This document shows, in pieces, positions 43,393 through 59,745 of a stretch of 64,000 nucleotides of DNA. The DNA is from an uncultured bacterium (lineage in GTDB: Bacteria; Omnitrophota; Omnitrophia; Omnitrophales; Aquincolibacteriaceae), in the NCBI GenBank assembly GCA_964434115.1, contig CAYSSX010000002.1, positions 137,680-201,679 on the forward strand. The letters are read 5' to 3'. The notes under the pieces are model-generated. The model had not been told where the DNA came from. It did not search any database and saw only the letters and a list, made by a program, of their open reading frames with translations. A program made the position numbers and the translations under genes. Positions within the stretch are counted from its first letter, which is position 1. Every line of letters starts with the position of its first letter.

Positions 43393-44085
43393 GTGGCTCG
43401 TAAAAAAAGCAAGCGGTATCAGACAAGAGTGAATGGGTTGGAACGTGAAAGGGCATATACCCTTGATGAGGCGCTCCAATTCCTGAAAAAAATTGCAAGT
43501 TTTAAGTATGATGAAACAGTTGCTTTAAACCTCCAGCTTGGGGTTAAACCGGATCAGAGCGATCAGCTGGTTCGTGGTACGGTGAGCCTCCCTAATGGGA
43601 CGGGTAAAGATCTTCGCGTGATTTGTTTCTGCAAGGGTGAAGAAGCGAAGGCTGCTCAGGCTGCTGGAGCTAACCATGTTGGCGGTGAGGAATTGGTTCA
43701 GAAGGTTATGGAGGGCTGGTTTGATTTTGATGCCGTGGTTGCCCATCCTGACATGATGCGTGAAGTGAGTAAGCTTGGCCGAGTGCTGGGTCCTCGCGGG
43801 TTGATGCCGACACCTAAAACCGGAACCGTGACTCCTGATGTTGGCCGTGCTGTCAAGGAGTTGAAGGCGGGGCGTGTTGAGTTTAAGAATGACAAGACCG
43901 CTGGTCTTCATGTGATTTGTGGAAAGCTTTCGTTTTCTGAAAAAGCGTTGAAAGAAAATATTCAGGTAGCTATCAAGGCTATTCGTGACGCCAAGCCGTC
44001 TTCGAGTAAAGGGGATTACCTCAGACAGGTAACGATTGCCCCGACTCAGGGACCTGGTATCCGCTTAGCTGTTAGCGCCCTGTAA
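43393..44085 (+). CDS. rplA: 50S ribosomal protein L1
   Basis: GTG start; [36 protein letters not shown]. Confidence 0.93.
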   Translation: MARKKSKRYQTRVNGLERERAYTLDEALQFLKKIASFKYDETVALNLQLGVKPDQSDQLVRGTVSLPNGTGKDLRVICFCKGEEAKAAQAAGANHVGGEELVQKVMEGWFDFDAVVAHPDMMREVSKLGRVLGPRGLMPTPKTGTVTPDVGRAVKELKAGRVEFKNDKTAGLHVICGKLSFSEKALKENIQVAIKAIRDAKPSSSKGDYLRQVTIAPTQGPGIRLAVSAL

Positions 44086-44095
44086 GGAGTGGAAT

Positions 44096-44629
44096 ATGCC
44101 TTCATTGGTTAGACAGCACATGCTTGATGAAATTCGCAAAGAGTTTGATGCGAATCCCTATGCGTTTATTACCAGCTTTGAAAAGGCCACGGTTGCCGAT
44201 TCCGCGGATTTTCGCCGTGCCCTTGAAAAGGTTTCATCCCGGTCGCTTGTGATCAAGCAGACGCTTGCGAAAAAAGTCCTGTTGGATATGAAGTGTGAGA
44301 CCGCAGAAAAATATCTCAAAGGTTCGGTTCTGGTGACTTTTGGGGATAAAGACCCGCAAAATATTTCGAAGGCCATTGTTGATTTTGTGAAAACCAACAA
44401 GAAGTTCGGGGTGGGCGGTGTAGTGTTCGAAAGTCAGGTTTATGATTCTGAATTTGTAAACCAGCTTGCGAAACTTCCTTCGCGTCATGAATTGCTGACG
44501 CAGGTCGTGGTGCGGGTGAAGTCACCCATTTCTGGTTTTGTGATGACTTTGTCTCAAGTCTTGCGGGGCCTTGTGGTGGTTGTGAGTGAAATTAAAAAGC
44601 AGCGCGAAGCGGGCCCTGCCGCAGCATAA
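44096..44629 (+). CDS. rplJ: 50S ribosomal protein L10
   Basis: Position between rplA and rplL; L10 length and composition. Confidence 0.88.
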   Translation: MPSLVRQHMLDEIRKEFDANPYAFITSFEKATVADSADFRRALEKVSSRSLVIKQTLAKKVLLDMKCETAEKYLKGSVLVTFGDKDPQNISKAIVDFVKTNKKFGVGGVVFESQVYDSEFVNQLAKLPSRHELLTQVVVRVKSPISGFVMTLSQVLRGLVVVVSEIKKQREAGPAAA

Positions 44630-44659
44630 AATTATTTTATTCCAAGGAGGAATTAAATC

Positions 44660-45115
44660 ATGTCGGAACAAACAACGGTTGAAGAAGTAAAAGCTGAAGT
44701 TAAAGAAAAGAAAGAAGGTGTTAACGTGTCTGAAAAATTGCAGGGTGTTCTTAAAACAATTGAGCAACTGACGGTTCTTGAGCTTGCTGATCTTGTGAAG
44801 GCTCTTGAAGACAAGTTTGGTGTGAGTGCGGCGGCGGCTGTTGCGGTTGCGGCTCCTTCGGCTGGCGGCGCGGCGGGTGCTGGCGCGGCGGCAGTGGAAG
44901 AAAAGGATTCTTTCGATGTCGTCCTGACGGATGGCGGCGCTAAAAAGATCCAGGTTATTAAAGAAATTCGTACGATCACGAACCTGGGCCTGAAAGAAGC
45001 GAAGGATCTTGTTGAAGGTGCACCTAAGGTTGTTAAAGAAGGTGTGAAGAAGGATGAAGCCGAGAAGATTAAGAAGATTCTTGAAGAGCAGGGCGCTAAG
45101 GTTGAGCTGAAGTAA
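44660..45115 (+). CDS. rplL: 50S ribosomal protein L7/L12
   Basis: Ala-rich hinge [22 protein letters not shown] and C-terminal domain [57 protein letters not shown]. Confidence 0.95.
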   Translation: MSEQTTVEEVKAEVKEKKEGVNVSEKLQGVLKTIEQLTVLELADLVKALEDKFGVSAAAAVAVAAPSAGGAAGAGAAAVEEKDSFDVVLTDGGAKKIQVIKEIRTITNLGLKEAKDLVEGAPKVVKEGVKKDEAEKIKKILEEQGAKVELK

Positions 45116-45186
45116 TTTTGAAGCGCTTGTTTTTAAGAAGATCCTTATAGGTTCCTCGTCAACGTCACTTTGGAGGCGTACTCCGT

Positions 45187-48977
<3,791 letters not shown>

Positions 48978-48981
<4 letters not shown>

Positions 48982-51900
48982 ACTACGAGATCAATACTTT
49001 TGACTCCGTTCTGATCCGGATTGCTTCTCCTGAAACCATTCGTGCATGGTCGAAGGGTGAAGTTAAGAAGCCGGAAACCATTAACTACCGCACCCTCAAG
49101 CCTGAAAAAGACGGGCTTTTTTGCGAGCGTATTTTTGGCCCGACGAGGGACTACGAATGCGCTTGCGGCAAATACAAACGCATTAAACATAAGGGCATTA
49201 TTTGCGATCGCTGCGGCGTTGAAGTCACTCAGTCCAAAGTTCGCCGTGAACGCATGGGGAACATTGAGCTTGTAACGCCTGTGTCGCACATTTGGTTTTT
49301 TAAGACCATGCCTTCCCGTATTGGGAATTTGCTGGACCTTAGCGTTCGCGCTCTTGAAAAAGTGCTCTATTATGAAGAATACATTGTCATTGATCCGAAA
49401 GAAACCCCGTTAAAGAAGCGCCAGCTTTTGACGGAAGAGGAATACCTCAAAGCCATTGAGCAGTATGGTGCTGCGAGTTTTGTGGCAGGCATGGGAGCTG
49501 ATGCTGTTCGCGAGCTTCTCAAAGAGTTAGAGCTGGACAAAATCGCGACGAAATTTCAACGCCAGGTCAAGACAAGCAAGTCTAAGCAGGCTCGGGCCCG
49601 TGCGGTTAAAATTTTGAAAATTGTGGACGCCTTTAAGAAGTCTGGCAATAAACCGGAATGGATGATTTTGGAATCCGTCCCTGTGATTCCGCCGGATCTT
49701 CGTCCATTGGTTGCCTTGGATGGTGGGCGCTTTGCGACAAGTGATCTTAACGATCTCTATCGCCGTGTTATTAACCGCAACAACCGTTTGAAAAAGCTTC
49801 TTGAGCTCAAAGCTCCGGATGTGATTATCCGCAATGAAAAAAGAATGCTGCAGGAAGCTGTAGATGCTCTTTTTGACAATGGCCGTCATGGCCGCCCGGT
49901 TCTTGGAACTGGAAACCGTCCGCTGAAGTCTTTGAGCGATATGCTCAAGGGTAAGCAGGGTCGTTTCCGTCAGAATCTTTTGGGTAAACGCGTTGACTAC
50001 TCCGGCCGCTCCGTTATCGTTATTGGCCCTGAAATGAAAATTTACCAGTGCGGTCTTCCGAAGAAGATGGCCCTTGAACTTTTTGAGCCGTTTATTATTC
50101 GCAAGCTCAAGGAGCGCGGACATGTTCATACGATTCGTTCCGCAAAAAAAATGGTTGAGCGTGTGAAGCCTGAAGTCTGGGATATTCTTGAAGAAGTCAT
50201 TCATGAGCATCCTGTGATGTTAAACCGCGCCCCCACGCTTCACCGCTTGGGTATTCAGGCATTTGAGCCGCTTTTGATTGAGGGAAAAGCCATTCGTATT
50301 CATCCGCTTGTCTGCGCAGCTTTCAACGCCGACTTCGACGGTGACCAGATGGCTGTTCACGTGCCGCTCTCCATGGAAGCGCAGATGGAAGCCCGTGTCC
50401 TTATGCTTTCCGCCAACAACATTTTTTCGCCTGCTAACGGTCAGCCGATCGCATCTCCTTCTCAGGATATCGTGCTTGGTATTTACTACCTGACCAAGAT
50501 TCGTGAAGGCCAGAAGGGGCAGGGGCTTTTCTTTGGAAGTCCCGAGGAAGCCATTCTTGCGTTCTATGACAGCGAAATCCATAAGCATGCCAAGTGCAAG
50601 CTTCGCCTTGAAAAGGGTGATGTTGTGGATACCACTGTTGGAAGAATTCTTTTTAACCAGGTTCTTCCCAAGGGTTTTCGCTATGTTAACGACATTGTTA
50701 ACAAGTCCAAGCTCTCCAAGATTATCGCTGACTGCTATCGTGAATTTGGGCACAACGAAGTGATTCAGCTTCTTGATCGCCTGAAGTCGCTTGGTTTTGA
50801 ACAGGCTACGCGCTCCGGTGTGTCGATCGGTCTTGATGACATTCAGGTTCCTAAACTGAAAACCTCGATGCTTGATGAAGCTCGCGGCAGTGTCCGCGCC
50901 ATCGAATCTCAGTATAAGAACGGTCTTATTACTGAAGGTGAGCGTTACAACAAGGTCATCGACATTTGGACGCATACGACGGATCGAGTGTCTGACCGTA
51001 TGTTTGAAGATTTCGACGCCTTTAACCCGATTTTCATGATGGCCGATTCAGGCGCGCGTGGTTCTAAGCAGCAGATTCGCCAGCTTGCGGGTATGCGTGG
51101 TTTGATGGCAAAACCATCAGGCGAAATTATCGAGAGCCCGATTACTGCCAACTTCCGCGAGGGGTTAACCGTGCTGGAGTATTTCATTTCCACTCACGGA
51201 GCGCGCAAAGGTTTGGCGGATACAGCCTTGAAGACTGCTGACTCGGGTTATCTTACGCGCCGTCTTGTTGACGTTGCTCAGGATGTTATCGTTACGGAGA
51301 TTGATTGCGGTACCGTGAGCGGTAATTTTGTTGAGGCGATTTATGAAGGGGAAGAAGAAATTGTCCCGCTTCGCGACCGTATCATCGGCCGTGTTGCCCT
51401 TGATAACATTGTCGACGTTGTTACCGATCAGCAGATTGTAAAGGCTGGCGAGATCATTGATGAAAAGGTCGCGGACAGGCTGGATGAAGTTGGTATTGAG
51501 AAAATCCGTGTCCGTTCCGTTTTGACCTGCGAATCCAAAAAAGGTATTTGCGCTAAGTGTTATGGCCGGGATCTTGCGACAGGCCGTTTAGCGGAACTTG
51601 GAACGGCTTGCGGTATTATTGCCGCCCAGTCGATCGGTGAACCGGGAACTCAGCTGACCATGCGTACCTTCCACATTGGTGGTACGGCTTCTCGTACGGT
51701 TGAGCAATCCTACTTCCGTTCTAAGAATGAAGGCGCGTTGAAGTATCACGCGTTGAAAACTGTTGTGACAAAGACCGGTGAAATCGTTGTGTTGAATCGT
51801 AACGGTTCCCTCACCATTCATGATGCCGTCGGCCGCGAGCTCGAACACTATGTCATTCCTAGCGGCGCGATTATTGCCCACAAAGATGGCGGGCAAGTTA

Positions 51901-53024
51901 AGAAGGGTGAAATCTTCGTGAAGTGGGATCCTTATACGGTTCCTATTTTGACTGAAGTTTCGGGGCGTGTCCGTTATGAAGACATTGTTTCGGGTGTTTC
52001 CATGAATGAAGAAATGGACGCCACCACCGGCTTGACGGAACGCGTGATCATCGAACATAAAGAGGATTTACATCCTCAGCTTTTAATCTTGGGTGAAAAT
52101 GATGAGATTATCGGCTTCTATCCTATTCCGACCGCGGCGCACGTTGTTGTAAACGAAGGTGACACGGTTACGGCCGGTACCCTCCTTGCGAAAACCCCTC
52201 GTAAGATCGCAAAAACCCGCGATATCACTGGCGGTCTTCCCCGTGTGGCTGAGCTTTTTGAAGCGCGTAAGCCGAAAAATCCTGCTGTTATCTCGGAAAT
52301 CGACGGTATTGTTGAAATCGGCGAGATTGTTAAGGGACAGCGCAAGATTATCGTGAAGAGTGCTGCGGGGATGAGTAAAGAATATCTCGTTCCGCATGGA
52401 AAGCATCTTAACGTGTACAAGGGTGACAAGGTTCTTACGGGGCAGCAGCTTGTTGATGGCCCGGTTGTTCCCCAGGACATTTTGAGAGTTTCCGGAGAGC
52501 GCAGCCTTCAAGAGTACATTGTGAACGAGGTTCAAGAAGTTTATCGTCTTCAGGGTGTGCGCGTAAATGACAAGCACGTTGAAGTCATTGTGCGTCAGAT
52601 GCTGCGTAAGGTGCGTATCGATGATTCGGGTGACACAGAATTTATTGTGGGATCTCACATTGACCGCCTTCGTTTCCGTGAAGAAAATGAATTGATGGAG
52701 AAAAAAGGAAAACAGCAGGCAACCGCTACGCCGATGCTTTTGGGAATTACGAAAGCTTCTTTGACAACCGAAAGCTTTATCTCGGCTGCCAGCTTTCAGG
52801 AAACAACGCGCGTGTTGACGGAAGCCGCCTCAGCGGGAAAGCGTGATTATCTTCTCGGACTTAAAGAGAACGTCATCATGGGACATCTTATCCCTGCGGG
52901 TACTGGTTTTGGTATCCATCAGAATATTGAGCTTGTTAAAGAGGTGAGTGATATGCTGCCTGATCCGGCGGCGAGTCAGGCTTCCAAAGAAGAAGCCGGA
53001 AAAACCAATGAGGAGAAGGCCTAA
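48978..53024 (+). CDS. rpoC: DNA-directed RNA polymerase subunit beta'
   Basis: 1348 aa; zinc-binding [23 protein letters not shown] and [14 protein letters not shown] catalytic loop. Start ATGA overlaps the rpoB stop. Confidence 0.97.
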
Positions 53025-53416
53025 TGGCTCCGACCATCAATCAATTGATTAAAAAGGGTAGACAAGACTATAAGGCGAAAACAAAATCACCCGCGCTTCA
53101 GGGGTCCCCTTTTCGTAAGGGTGTGTGTTTGAATGTTCGTACTCAAACGCCTAAGAAACCGAACTCTGCCCTTCGTAAAATTGCCCGTGTTCGTCTAACG
53201 AATGGTGAAGAAGTCACGGCTTATATTCCTGGAGTTGGGCATAATCTTCAGGAACACTCGATTGTTTTGGTTCGTGGTGGCCGCGTAAAAGATCTTCCCG
53301 GTGTGCGTTATCACATTGTGCGGGGCAAGCTGGATACCCAGGGCGTCGCCAATCGTAATCGCTCGCGTTCCAAGTACGGGGCAAAAACTCCGAAGAAAGA
53401 AACTCCTAAGAAATAG
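53024..53416 (+). CDS. rpsL: 30S ribosomal protein S12
   Basis: [14 protein letters not shown]...[28 protein letters not shown]. Confidence 0.96.
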   Translation: MAPTINQLIKKGRQDYKAKTKSPALQGSPFRKGVCLNVRTQTPKKPNSALRKIARVRLTNGEEVTAYIPGVGHNLQEHSIVLVRGGRVKDLPGVRYHIVRGKLDTQGVANRNRSRSKYGAKTPKKETPKK

Positions 53417-53429
53417 AGGCTAATGATCC

Positions 53430-53897
53430 ATGAGACGCAGAAAAGCTCCAAAGAGAAAAATTAATCCAGATCCTATCTATCAGGATCTTATTGTAGCAAA
53501 AATGATCAATATGGTTATGGAAAAGGGTAAGAAATCCACTGCTGAGGGTATCGTTTATGGTGCGTTTGAGGCCCTCCAGAAAAAAACAGGAAAAGAACCT
53601 CTTGAAGTTTTCAAGCAAGCTGTGGATAATGTTCGTCCCTTGCTTGAAACCAAATCCCGGCGAGTTGGTGGGGCGACCTACCAAGTGCCGGTAAGTGTTC
53701 CTCCTGACAGGGGGAGCTCTCTCGCCATGCGCTGGATCCGAAATTACGCCAGAGCGCGCAAAGGGAAGCCGATGCGCACCAAGCTGGCTGAAGAAATTCT
53801 CGATAGTTACAATCGCACGGGGACGTCCATCAAGAAAAAAGAGGACACTCATAAAATGGCAGAGTCCAACAGGGCTTTTGCGCATTATAGGTGGTAA
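53430..53897 (+). CDS. rpsG: 30S ribosomal protein S7
   Basis: [45 protein letters not shown]. Confidence 0.95.
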   Translation: MRRRKAPKRKINPDPIYQDLIVAKMINMVMEKGKKSTAEGIVYGAFEALQKKTGKEPLEVFKQAVDNVRPLLETKSRRVGGATYQVPVSVPPDRGSSLAMRWIRNYARARKGKPMRTKLAEEILDSYNRTGTSIKKKEDTHKMAESNRAFAHYRW

Positions 53898-53903
53898 AAA
53901 CAA

Positions 53904-55985
53904 ATGGCTGATGAAAAAGTAATTAGTTATCCGCTCGAAAAAATTCGCAACATCGGGATTGCTGCGCATATTGATGCGGGCAAGACCACGACTTCTGAGC
54001 GTATTCTTTACTACACGGGCCGCACTTACAAAATCGGTGAAGTGCATGAAGGCACCGCTGTTATGGACTGGATGGAGCAGGAGCAAGAGCGCGGTATTAC
54101 TATTACATCAGCGGCGACAACATGCTTTTGGAATGATTGCCGCATTAACCTTATTGATACGCCTGGGCACGTAGACTTTACAATCGAGGTCGAGCGCTCG
54201 ATGCGAGTGCTTGATGGCTGCGTTGCTGTGTTTGGCGCGGTTGAAGGTGTTGAACCGCAGTCCGAAACGGTTTGGCGTCAGGCGGATCGTTATCACGTTC
54301 CGCGTATTGCGTTTATTAATAAGATGGACCGAACCGGCGCTGTCTTTTATGAGAACGTTCAGCAGATGCGCGACCAGTTGGGTGCTGTGGCTGTTCCGAT
54401 TCAGATCCCTATGGGAAAAGAAGATACTTTTAAGGGAATTATCGATCTTGTGCTTATGAAGGCATATATTTTCCACGACGAAAACCTGGGTTCGAAATTT
54501 GATGTTATAGATGTTCCAGCTGAGTTCCAGGAAGAAGCCAAGAAGATGCGCGAAGAAATGGTTGAGCGTCTTTCTGAGCAGGACGATGAGTTGATGGCGA
54601 AGTATATCGATGGAAAAGAAATTTCCAACGATGATATTAAGAAAGCCATTCGCCGCGCAACAATAGCGATTAAAATCACGCCCGTCATTTGTGGAAGCGC
54701 TCTTAAAAATAAGGGCGTTCAGCAGCTCTTGGATGCTGTTGTGGATTACCTTCCGAGCCCGATGGACGTCACGGGAATTAAGGGAAAGAACCCTGACGAC
54801 GACTCGGACATTGAGCGCCATCCCAAGGAATCTGATCCGCTGACTTGTTTTGCGTTTAAAATCGCAAGTGATAAATTTGTCGGAAGCTTGACCTTTATCC
54901 GAATTTACTCCGGTGTCATGACAACCGGAACTTATGTTTACAACCCCCGTACGCAGAGAAAAGAACGTATTGGCCGCCTTCTTCTTATGCATGCCAATAA
55001 ACGGGAAGAAATTGAAAGTGCTGGCGCTGGAAATATTGTGGCTGCTGTCGGTTTGAAGGATACGCGCACTGGAGACTCTTTGTGCGATGAGAATCATCCG
55101 ATTGTTTTGGAGAGTCTTTTCGTCCCTGAGCCGGTCATTTGGATGGCTGTTGAACCGAAGACAAAAGCCGATCGCGATAAAATGTCAGATGCGCTTGGCC
55201 GCTTAATGGCCGAAGATCCCACCTTTCGTGTTAAGACCGATCAGGAAACGGTTCAGACGCTTATCGGCGGTATGGGTGAGCTTCATTTGGATATTAAAGT
55301 GGATATTATGAAGCGTGATTATGGCGTCCTGGTGAATGTGGGTAAGCCGCAAGTGGCTTACCGCGAAACCATCACAACGAGCGCTGAGGGTGAAGGTAAA
55401 TTTATTAAGCAAACCGGTGGTCGCGGTCAATACGGACATGCCTACATTAAGATCGAGCCCCTTGAGCGGGGTAAGGGCAATGAATTTGTGAATGAAACGG
55501 TCGGTGGTTCGATTCCCCGTGAATATATTCCCGCAGTCGAGGCCGGTGTTGAGGATGCTTGCGCGAACGGTGTTTTGGCGGGATATCCGGTCGTTGATGT
55601 GAGAGCTATTGTCTATGACGGAAGCTTCCACGATGTTGACTCCTCGGAAATTGCTTTTAAGATGGCAGGTATTTTGGGGTTTAAAGAGGCGTTCCGCAAT
55701 GCAAAGCCTGTTCTTTTGGAGCCTATGATGTCTGTTGAAGTTGTTGTCCCTGAAGAATACGCAGGGGATGTGATTGGTGATTTGAATTCTCGCCGCTGCA
55801 TTATTCAGGAGATGGGTAATCGCGGACATTTAAAGTTGGTTAAGGCGCTTGTTCCCCTTGCGGAAATGTTTGGTTACGCTACATCGGTGCGCTCGCTTTC
55901 TCAGGGGAGAGCTACCTATTCGATGGAGCCGCATAGCTATCAAGAAGTGCCACGCGCCATCGCTGAAAAAATCAAAGCTAATTAA
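53904..55985 (+). CDS. fusA: Elongation factor G
   Basis: [26 protein letters not shown]...DTPGHVDFT; 693 aa. Confidence 0.96.
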   Translation: MADEKVISYPLEKIRNIGIAAHIDAGKTTTSERILYYTGRTYKIGEVHEGTAVMDWMEQEQERGITITSAATTCFWNDCRINLIDTPGHVDFTIEVERSMRVLDGCVAVFGAVEGVEPQSETVWRQADRYHVPRIAFINKMDRTGAVFYENVQQMRDQLGAVAVPIQIPMGKEDTFKGIIDLVLMKAYIFHDENLGSKFDVIDVPAEFQEEAKKMREEMVERLSEQDDELMAKYIDGKEISNDDIKKAIRRATIAIKITPVICGSALKNKGVQQLLDAVVDYLPSPMDVTGIKGKNPDDDSDIERHPKESDPLTCFAFKIASDKFVGSLTFIRIYSGVMTTGTYVYNPRTQRKERIGRLLLMHANKREEIESAGAGNIVAAVGLKDTRTGDSLCDENHPIVLESLFVPEPVIWMAVEPKTKADRDKMSDALGRLMAEDPTFRVKTDQETVQTLIGGMGELHLDIKVDIMKRDYGVLVNVGKPQVAYRETITTSAEGEGKFIKQTGGRGQYGHAYIKIEPLERGKGNEFVNETVGGSIPREYIPAVEAGVEDACANGVLAGYPVVDVRAIVYDGSFHDVDSSEIAFKMAGILGFKEAFRNAKPVLLEPMMSVEVVVPEEYAGDVIGDLNSRRCIIQEMGNRGHLKLVKALVPLAEMFGYATSVRSLSQGRATYSMEPHSYQEVPRAIAEKIKAN

Positions 55986-56016
55986 AATTTCGGAAAAGGA
56001 TCTGGTTGAGTGACCT

Positions 56017-56325
56017 ATGACAAAAGAAAAGATTCGCATTAAGCTCAGAGCTTACGATCATAGAATTCTGGATCAATCGGTTCAGGAAATTGTTGATACG
56101 GCCAAGCGGACGGGCGCTCTTGTGTTAGGTCCCATTCCGCTTCCGACACAAATTTGGAAAACGACGGTTCTCAAAGGTCCGACGATTGATAAAAAAGCGC
56201 GTAATCAGTTTGAGGTTCGCACCCACAAGCGCTTGATTGATCTCGAAGGCCCTACGTCAAGAACAGTGGACGCCCTCATGAAGCTGGATCTTCCGGCCGG
56301 TGTGGACGTTGAAATTAAACTCTAA
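56017..56325 (+). CDS. rpsJ: 30S ribosomal protein S10
   Basis: [30 protein letters not shown]...RTHKRLIDL. Confidence 0.95.
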   Translation: MTKEKIRIKLRAYDHRILDQSVQEIVDTAKRTGALVLGPIPLPTQIWKTTVLKGPTIDKKARNQFEVRTHKRLIDLEGPTSRTVDALMKLDLPAGVDVEIKL

Positions 56326-56343
56326 AATTCAGGTGATTAAGTC

Positions 56344-57078
56344 ATGTTAGGTCTCATTGGAAAAAAACAGGGAATGACGCAAATTTTTGACGAGGAAGGC
56401 AAACAGATTCCCGTCACCGTTTTAGAGGTGGGCCCGTGTTATGTGACAGCCCTCCGCACAGCGGACAAGAACGGTTATAAAGCTGTTCAGTTGGGATTTG
56501 GTTCCATTGCGGAAAAGAAACTCACTAAAGCGGATCTTGGACGCTTCAAAAAAGCGGGGACTCCTAACTTCCGTTACACACGCGAAATTCGTACTGAAAA
56601 TCTCGAAGGCCTTGTTGTCGGCCAGCAGGTCAGCGCTGATAATTTCGAAACAGGAGATCTCATTGATGTGCAGGGGATCTCTGTGGGGCGCGGTTTTCAG
56701 GGCGTCGTTAAGAGATGGCACTTTAAAGGCGCTCAAACCATGAGCCACGGTACGAAAATGGGACGTGAGCCTGGATCCGTGGGTTCGCGTGCTGGCGGTG
56801 TTGGCTGCCGTAAGAAGACACCCAAAGGTAAAAAGCTCCCTGGCCGCATGGGAAATGAAATTGTTACAATTCAAAATCTTAAAGTTGTAAGAGTTGATGC
56901 GGAAAAAAATGTGATTTTGGTGAGGGGTGCTGTGCCCGGCCCTGAAGACCAATGCCTCGTCATTTCCACGGCTCTGAAGCACCCTGTTAAGCGTAACTGG
57001 AAAGTTCCTGCAGCTAAGAGTCAAGCCTCTGCTCCGCAAGAAGCCTCCAGCCCGGAATCTCCGGAGAAAAATTCCTAA
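56344..57078 (+). CDS. rplC: 50S ribosomal protein L3 (with C-terminal extension)
   Basis: [34 protein letters not shown]. Confidence 0.94.
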   Translation: MLGLIGKKQGMTQIFDEEGKQIPVTVLEVGPCYVTALRTADKNGYKAVQLGFGSIAEKKLTKADLGRFKKAGTPNFRYTREIRTENLEGLVVGQQVSADNFETGDLIDVQGISVGRGFQGVVKRWHFKGAQTMSHGTKMGREPGSVGSRAGGVGCRKKTPKGKKLPGRMGNEIVTIQNLKVVRVDAEKNVILVRGAVPGPEDQCLVISTALKHPVKRNWKVPAAKSQASAPQEASSPESPEKNS

Positions 57079-57107
57079 TTTAAATTGACGAATGGAACGG
57101 TAAAAAA

Positions 57108-57761
57108 ATGAAAGCGCCCTTGTATTCAAAAAATGGCAGTAAAAAAGGAGAGGTTGACCTTAATCCTGAAATTTATGGAGCCCGGGTTAACGCTCGCTTG
57201 CTGGAGCTCGTTAAAAACGCTTATGCCGCTAACCTTCGCCATGGAACGGCCTCGACGAAGACCCGTAAAGATGTTCGCGGCGGTGGTAAAAAACCTTGGA
57301 AGCAAAAGGGTACCGGGCGCGCGCGCGCTTCTTCTATTCGTTCACCTCTTTGGCGTGGCGGTGGAACGGTATTTGGACCTCAGCCGCGCGATTATTTCGT
57401 TTCTTTGCCCGCCTCTATGCGCCGCACAGCTCTGATCGCGGCGCTTAGTCAAAAAGCTAAAACGAGCCAGCTTGTTCTAATGGAAGCTCTTCAAGTTGCT
57501 ACGCCTAAAACAAAAGAGTTTGTGGCGACCATGAAAGGTCTTCCGCTCGACAATCGCAAAACGCTTTGCGTGGTTAAAGACCTGGCGCCCGCGCTGAAAC
57601 GCGCGAGTCAGAATGTGAAGTCGAGAATCGAGCTTCGTAAAGCTGCGGATCTTAATGCGTATCATGTGTTGCAGCGTGAAAAGCTTGTGATTGAGCAAGA
57701 TGCGCTTCAGGTCCTTGAAGAGCGCTTGCTTGTTAAAGAATCCAAGGGGTCGAAATCATGA
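57108..57761 (+). CDS. rplD: 50S ribosomal protein L4
   Basis: GGGKKPWKQKGTGRARASSIRSPLWRGGGTVFGPQPRDY. Confidence 0.94.
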   Translation: MKAPLYSKNGSKKGEVDLNPEIYGARVNARLLELVKNAYAANLRHGTASTKTRKDVRGGGKKPWKQKGTGRARASSIRSPLWRGGGTVFGPQPRDYFVSLPASMRRTALIAALSQKAKTSQLVLMEALQVATPKTKEFVATMKGLPLDNRKTLCVVKDLAPALKRASQNVKSRIELRKAADLNAYHVLQREKLVIEQDALQVLEERLLVKESKGSKS

Positions 57762-58045
57762 AAATCCATATCTATGATGTTATTCGTGAGCCGCTGATCA
57801 CTGAAAAAGCTGCTAAGGATGCTGACGCTCTTGGTAAGTACGCTTTTAAGGTACGTACAGACGCCAACAAAAAGGCGATCAAAGCCGCGGTTGAAAAAAT
57901 TTTCAATGTTCATGTTGTGAAAGTGAATACTTCATGTCAGGCCGGAAAGTGGCGCCGTGTTCGCTCTCAGCCTGGAAAAACAGCGCAGTGGAAAAAAGCG
58001 ATCGTCACTCTTAAGCAGGGTGAAAAGATCGACATTACGGCCTAA
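57758..58045 (+). CDS. rplW: 50S ribosomal protein L23
   Basis: IREPLITEKAAKDADALGKYAFKVRTDANKKAIKAAVEKIFNVHVVKVNT. Confidence 0.93.
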   Translation: MKIHIYDVIREPLITEKAAKDADALGKYAFKVRTDANKKAIKAAVEKIFNVHVVKVNTSCQAGKWRRVRSQPGKTAQWKKAIVTLKQGEKIDITA

Positions 58046-58079
58046 GGGTCTGCGATTAATTTAAAGGAGTTCAATTCAA

Positions 58080-58907
58080 ATGGCACTGGTAAAATTCAAG
58101 CCGACATCCCCGGGAAGGCGTTTTGGGAACGCGGCCAACTTTTCCGAAGTAACGAAAGACACTCCTCATAAGCCTTTAACTGAAGCTTTGAGGAAAAGAG
58201 GCGGTCGCAACTCTCACGGGCATATGACCGCTCGCCGTCGCGGCCAGGGACATCGCCGCCGGTACCGGTTAATTGATTTTCGCCGCAATCGGATTGGCGA
58301 AGCGGCTAAGGTGGTTTCTGTTGAGTATGACCCCAACCGTACAGCCCGGATCGCTCTTGTGGAGTATCAGGACGGAGTGAAGAGCTACATTGTCAGCCCT
58401 GATGGACTTAAAGTTGGGCAGACTGTGGTGAGCGGCGCGGAAGCGGATGTTCAAGTTGGAAATCATCTTCCTCTCCGCAACATTCCGGAAGGTACGCCAG
58501 TTCACAACATCGAGCTTCGCCCTGGTCTTGGAGCGAAGCTGGTGCGTGCGGCTGGAGCGGTTGCGCAGATTCTTTCTAAAGAAAAGGATTATGCTCACGT
58601 TAAGCTGCCCTCGGGGGAAGTTCGGATGATTCCTCTTGGTGCGTTTGCTACGATTGGGCAATGCTCAAATATTGAAAACGAAAATCTTATGCTTGGCAAA
58701 GCAGGCCGTGCTCGCTGGCGCGGACGCCGTCCCGCAAGCCGTGGTGTTGCGAAGAATCCGGTTGACCACCCGATGGGTGGCGGTGAAGGTAAGTCAAAAG
58801 GTGGTAATCATCCCCAGAGTCCTTGGGGTCAAAAGGCAAAAGGTCTTAAGACTCGCAAGCTCCGGAAATTCAGCAATAAATTTATCGTGAAGGACAGAAG
58901 AAAATGA
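58080..58907 (+). CDS. rplB: 50S ribosomal protein L2
   Basis: [26 protein letters not shown]...[20 protein letters not shown]. Confidence 0.96.
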   Translation: MALVKFKPTSPGRRFGNAANFSEVTKDTPHKPLTEALRKRGGRNSHGHMTARRRGQGHRRRYRLIDFRRNRIGEAAKVVSVEYDPNRTARIALVEYQDGVKSYIVSPDGLKVGQTVVSGAEADVQVGNHLPLRNIPEGTPVHNIELRPGLGAKLVRAAGAVAQILSKEKDYAHVKLPSGEVRMIPLGAFATIGQCSNIENENLMLGKAGRARWRGRRPASRGVAKNPVDHPMGGGEGKSKGGNHPQSPWGQKAKGLKTRKLRKFSNKFIVKDRRK

Positions 58908-59203
58908 GTCGTTCAGCGAAAAAAGGTATCTACGTAGACCCAAAGCTTTTAAAGAAAGCGCAGGCGGCTATACGCAGTAAAGATCGCCGGCCGATTAAGA
59001 CTTGGTCCCGCCGCTCAACGCTTACCGAAGAATTTGTGGGAGCAACGTTTTCTGTTCACAATGGGAAGTCGTTTCAGAATGTATTTGTTACAGAAAATAT
59101 GGTGGGGCATAAACTCGGGGAATTTGTCCCGACAAGAACCTTCCGTAAACATAGTGCCGCCCAAGATAAGGCGAAAGCTGTTGCAAAAGGCGCAAAAACC
59201 TAA
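58904..59203 (+). CDS. rpsS: 30S ribosomal protein S19
   Basis: [17 protein letters not shown]...[35 protein letters not shown]. Confidence 0.94.
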   Translation: MSRSAKKGIYVDPKLLKKAQAAIRSKDRRPIKTWSRRSTLTEEFVGATFSVHNGKSFQNVFVTENMVGHKLGEFVPTRTFRKHSAAQDKAKAVAKGAKT

Positions 59204-59226
59204 GGATCGGATTGGAATAGAGCTAT

Positions 59227-59724
59227 ATGGCTAAGGCTAAAGCATCAAAAAAAGCAGCACTTGAATCAGAAAGAAAGTCAGCGCGGGTTGTTTTGAAGTA
59301 TTTGAGAATCTCTCCGCGCAAGGCGCGCCTTGTGTTGGACACTATTCGCTTTAAGCCTGTTCACAAAGCGAGTGCCATTTTGAAAACGTTGACCAAGAAA
59401 AAAGCTGCAGGCATGGCCCTTAAAGCGCTTACAAGTGCGGTTGCAAACGCTAAGGTTCTCGGTATGGACGAAGCAAAGCTCTATGTGTCTGATGTTCATG
59501 CTGATGGCGGGCCTGTCTTTAAAAGATTCATGTCCCGCTCTATGGGGCGTGCTGATCGAATTTTAAAACGCACTACCCATTTGTCGCTTTCGGTTTCAGA
59601 GAGCGCAAGGGTTTATTCAGACGCACCGATTCAGGAACAGCCGGGCAAAGAAAAGCAGCCGGCTGCACCCGCTAAAAAGAAAAGCCCGGCCAAAAGTAAA
59701 AAAGCGGCCGCAGGCGCGAAGTAA
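59227..59724 (+). CDS. rplV: 50S ribosomal protein L22 (with Lys/Ala-rich C-terminal tail)
   Basis: ARVVLKYLRISPRKARLVLDTIRFKPVHKASAILK; 165 aa. Confidence 0.93.
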   Translation: MAKAKASKKAALESERKSARVVLKYLRISPRKARLVLDTIRFKPVHKASAILKTLTKKKAAGMALKALTSAVANAKVLGMDEAKLYVSDVHADGGPVFKRFMSRSMGRADRILKRTTHLSLSVSESARVYSDAPIQEQPGKEKQPAAPAKKKSPAKSKKAAAGAK

Positions 59725-59745
59725 AGCAGTTACAGGAGGAAGACC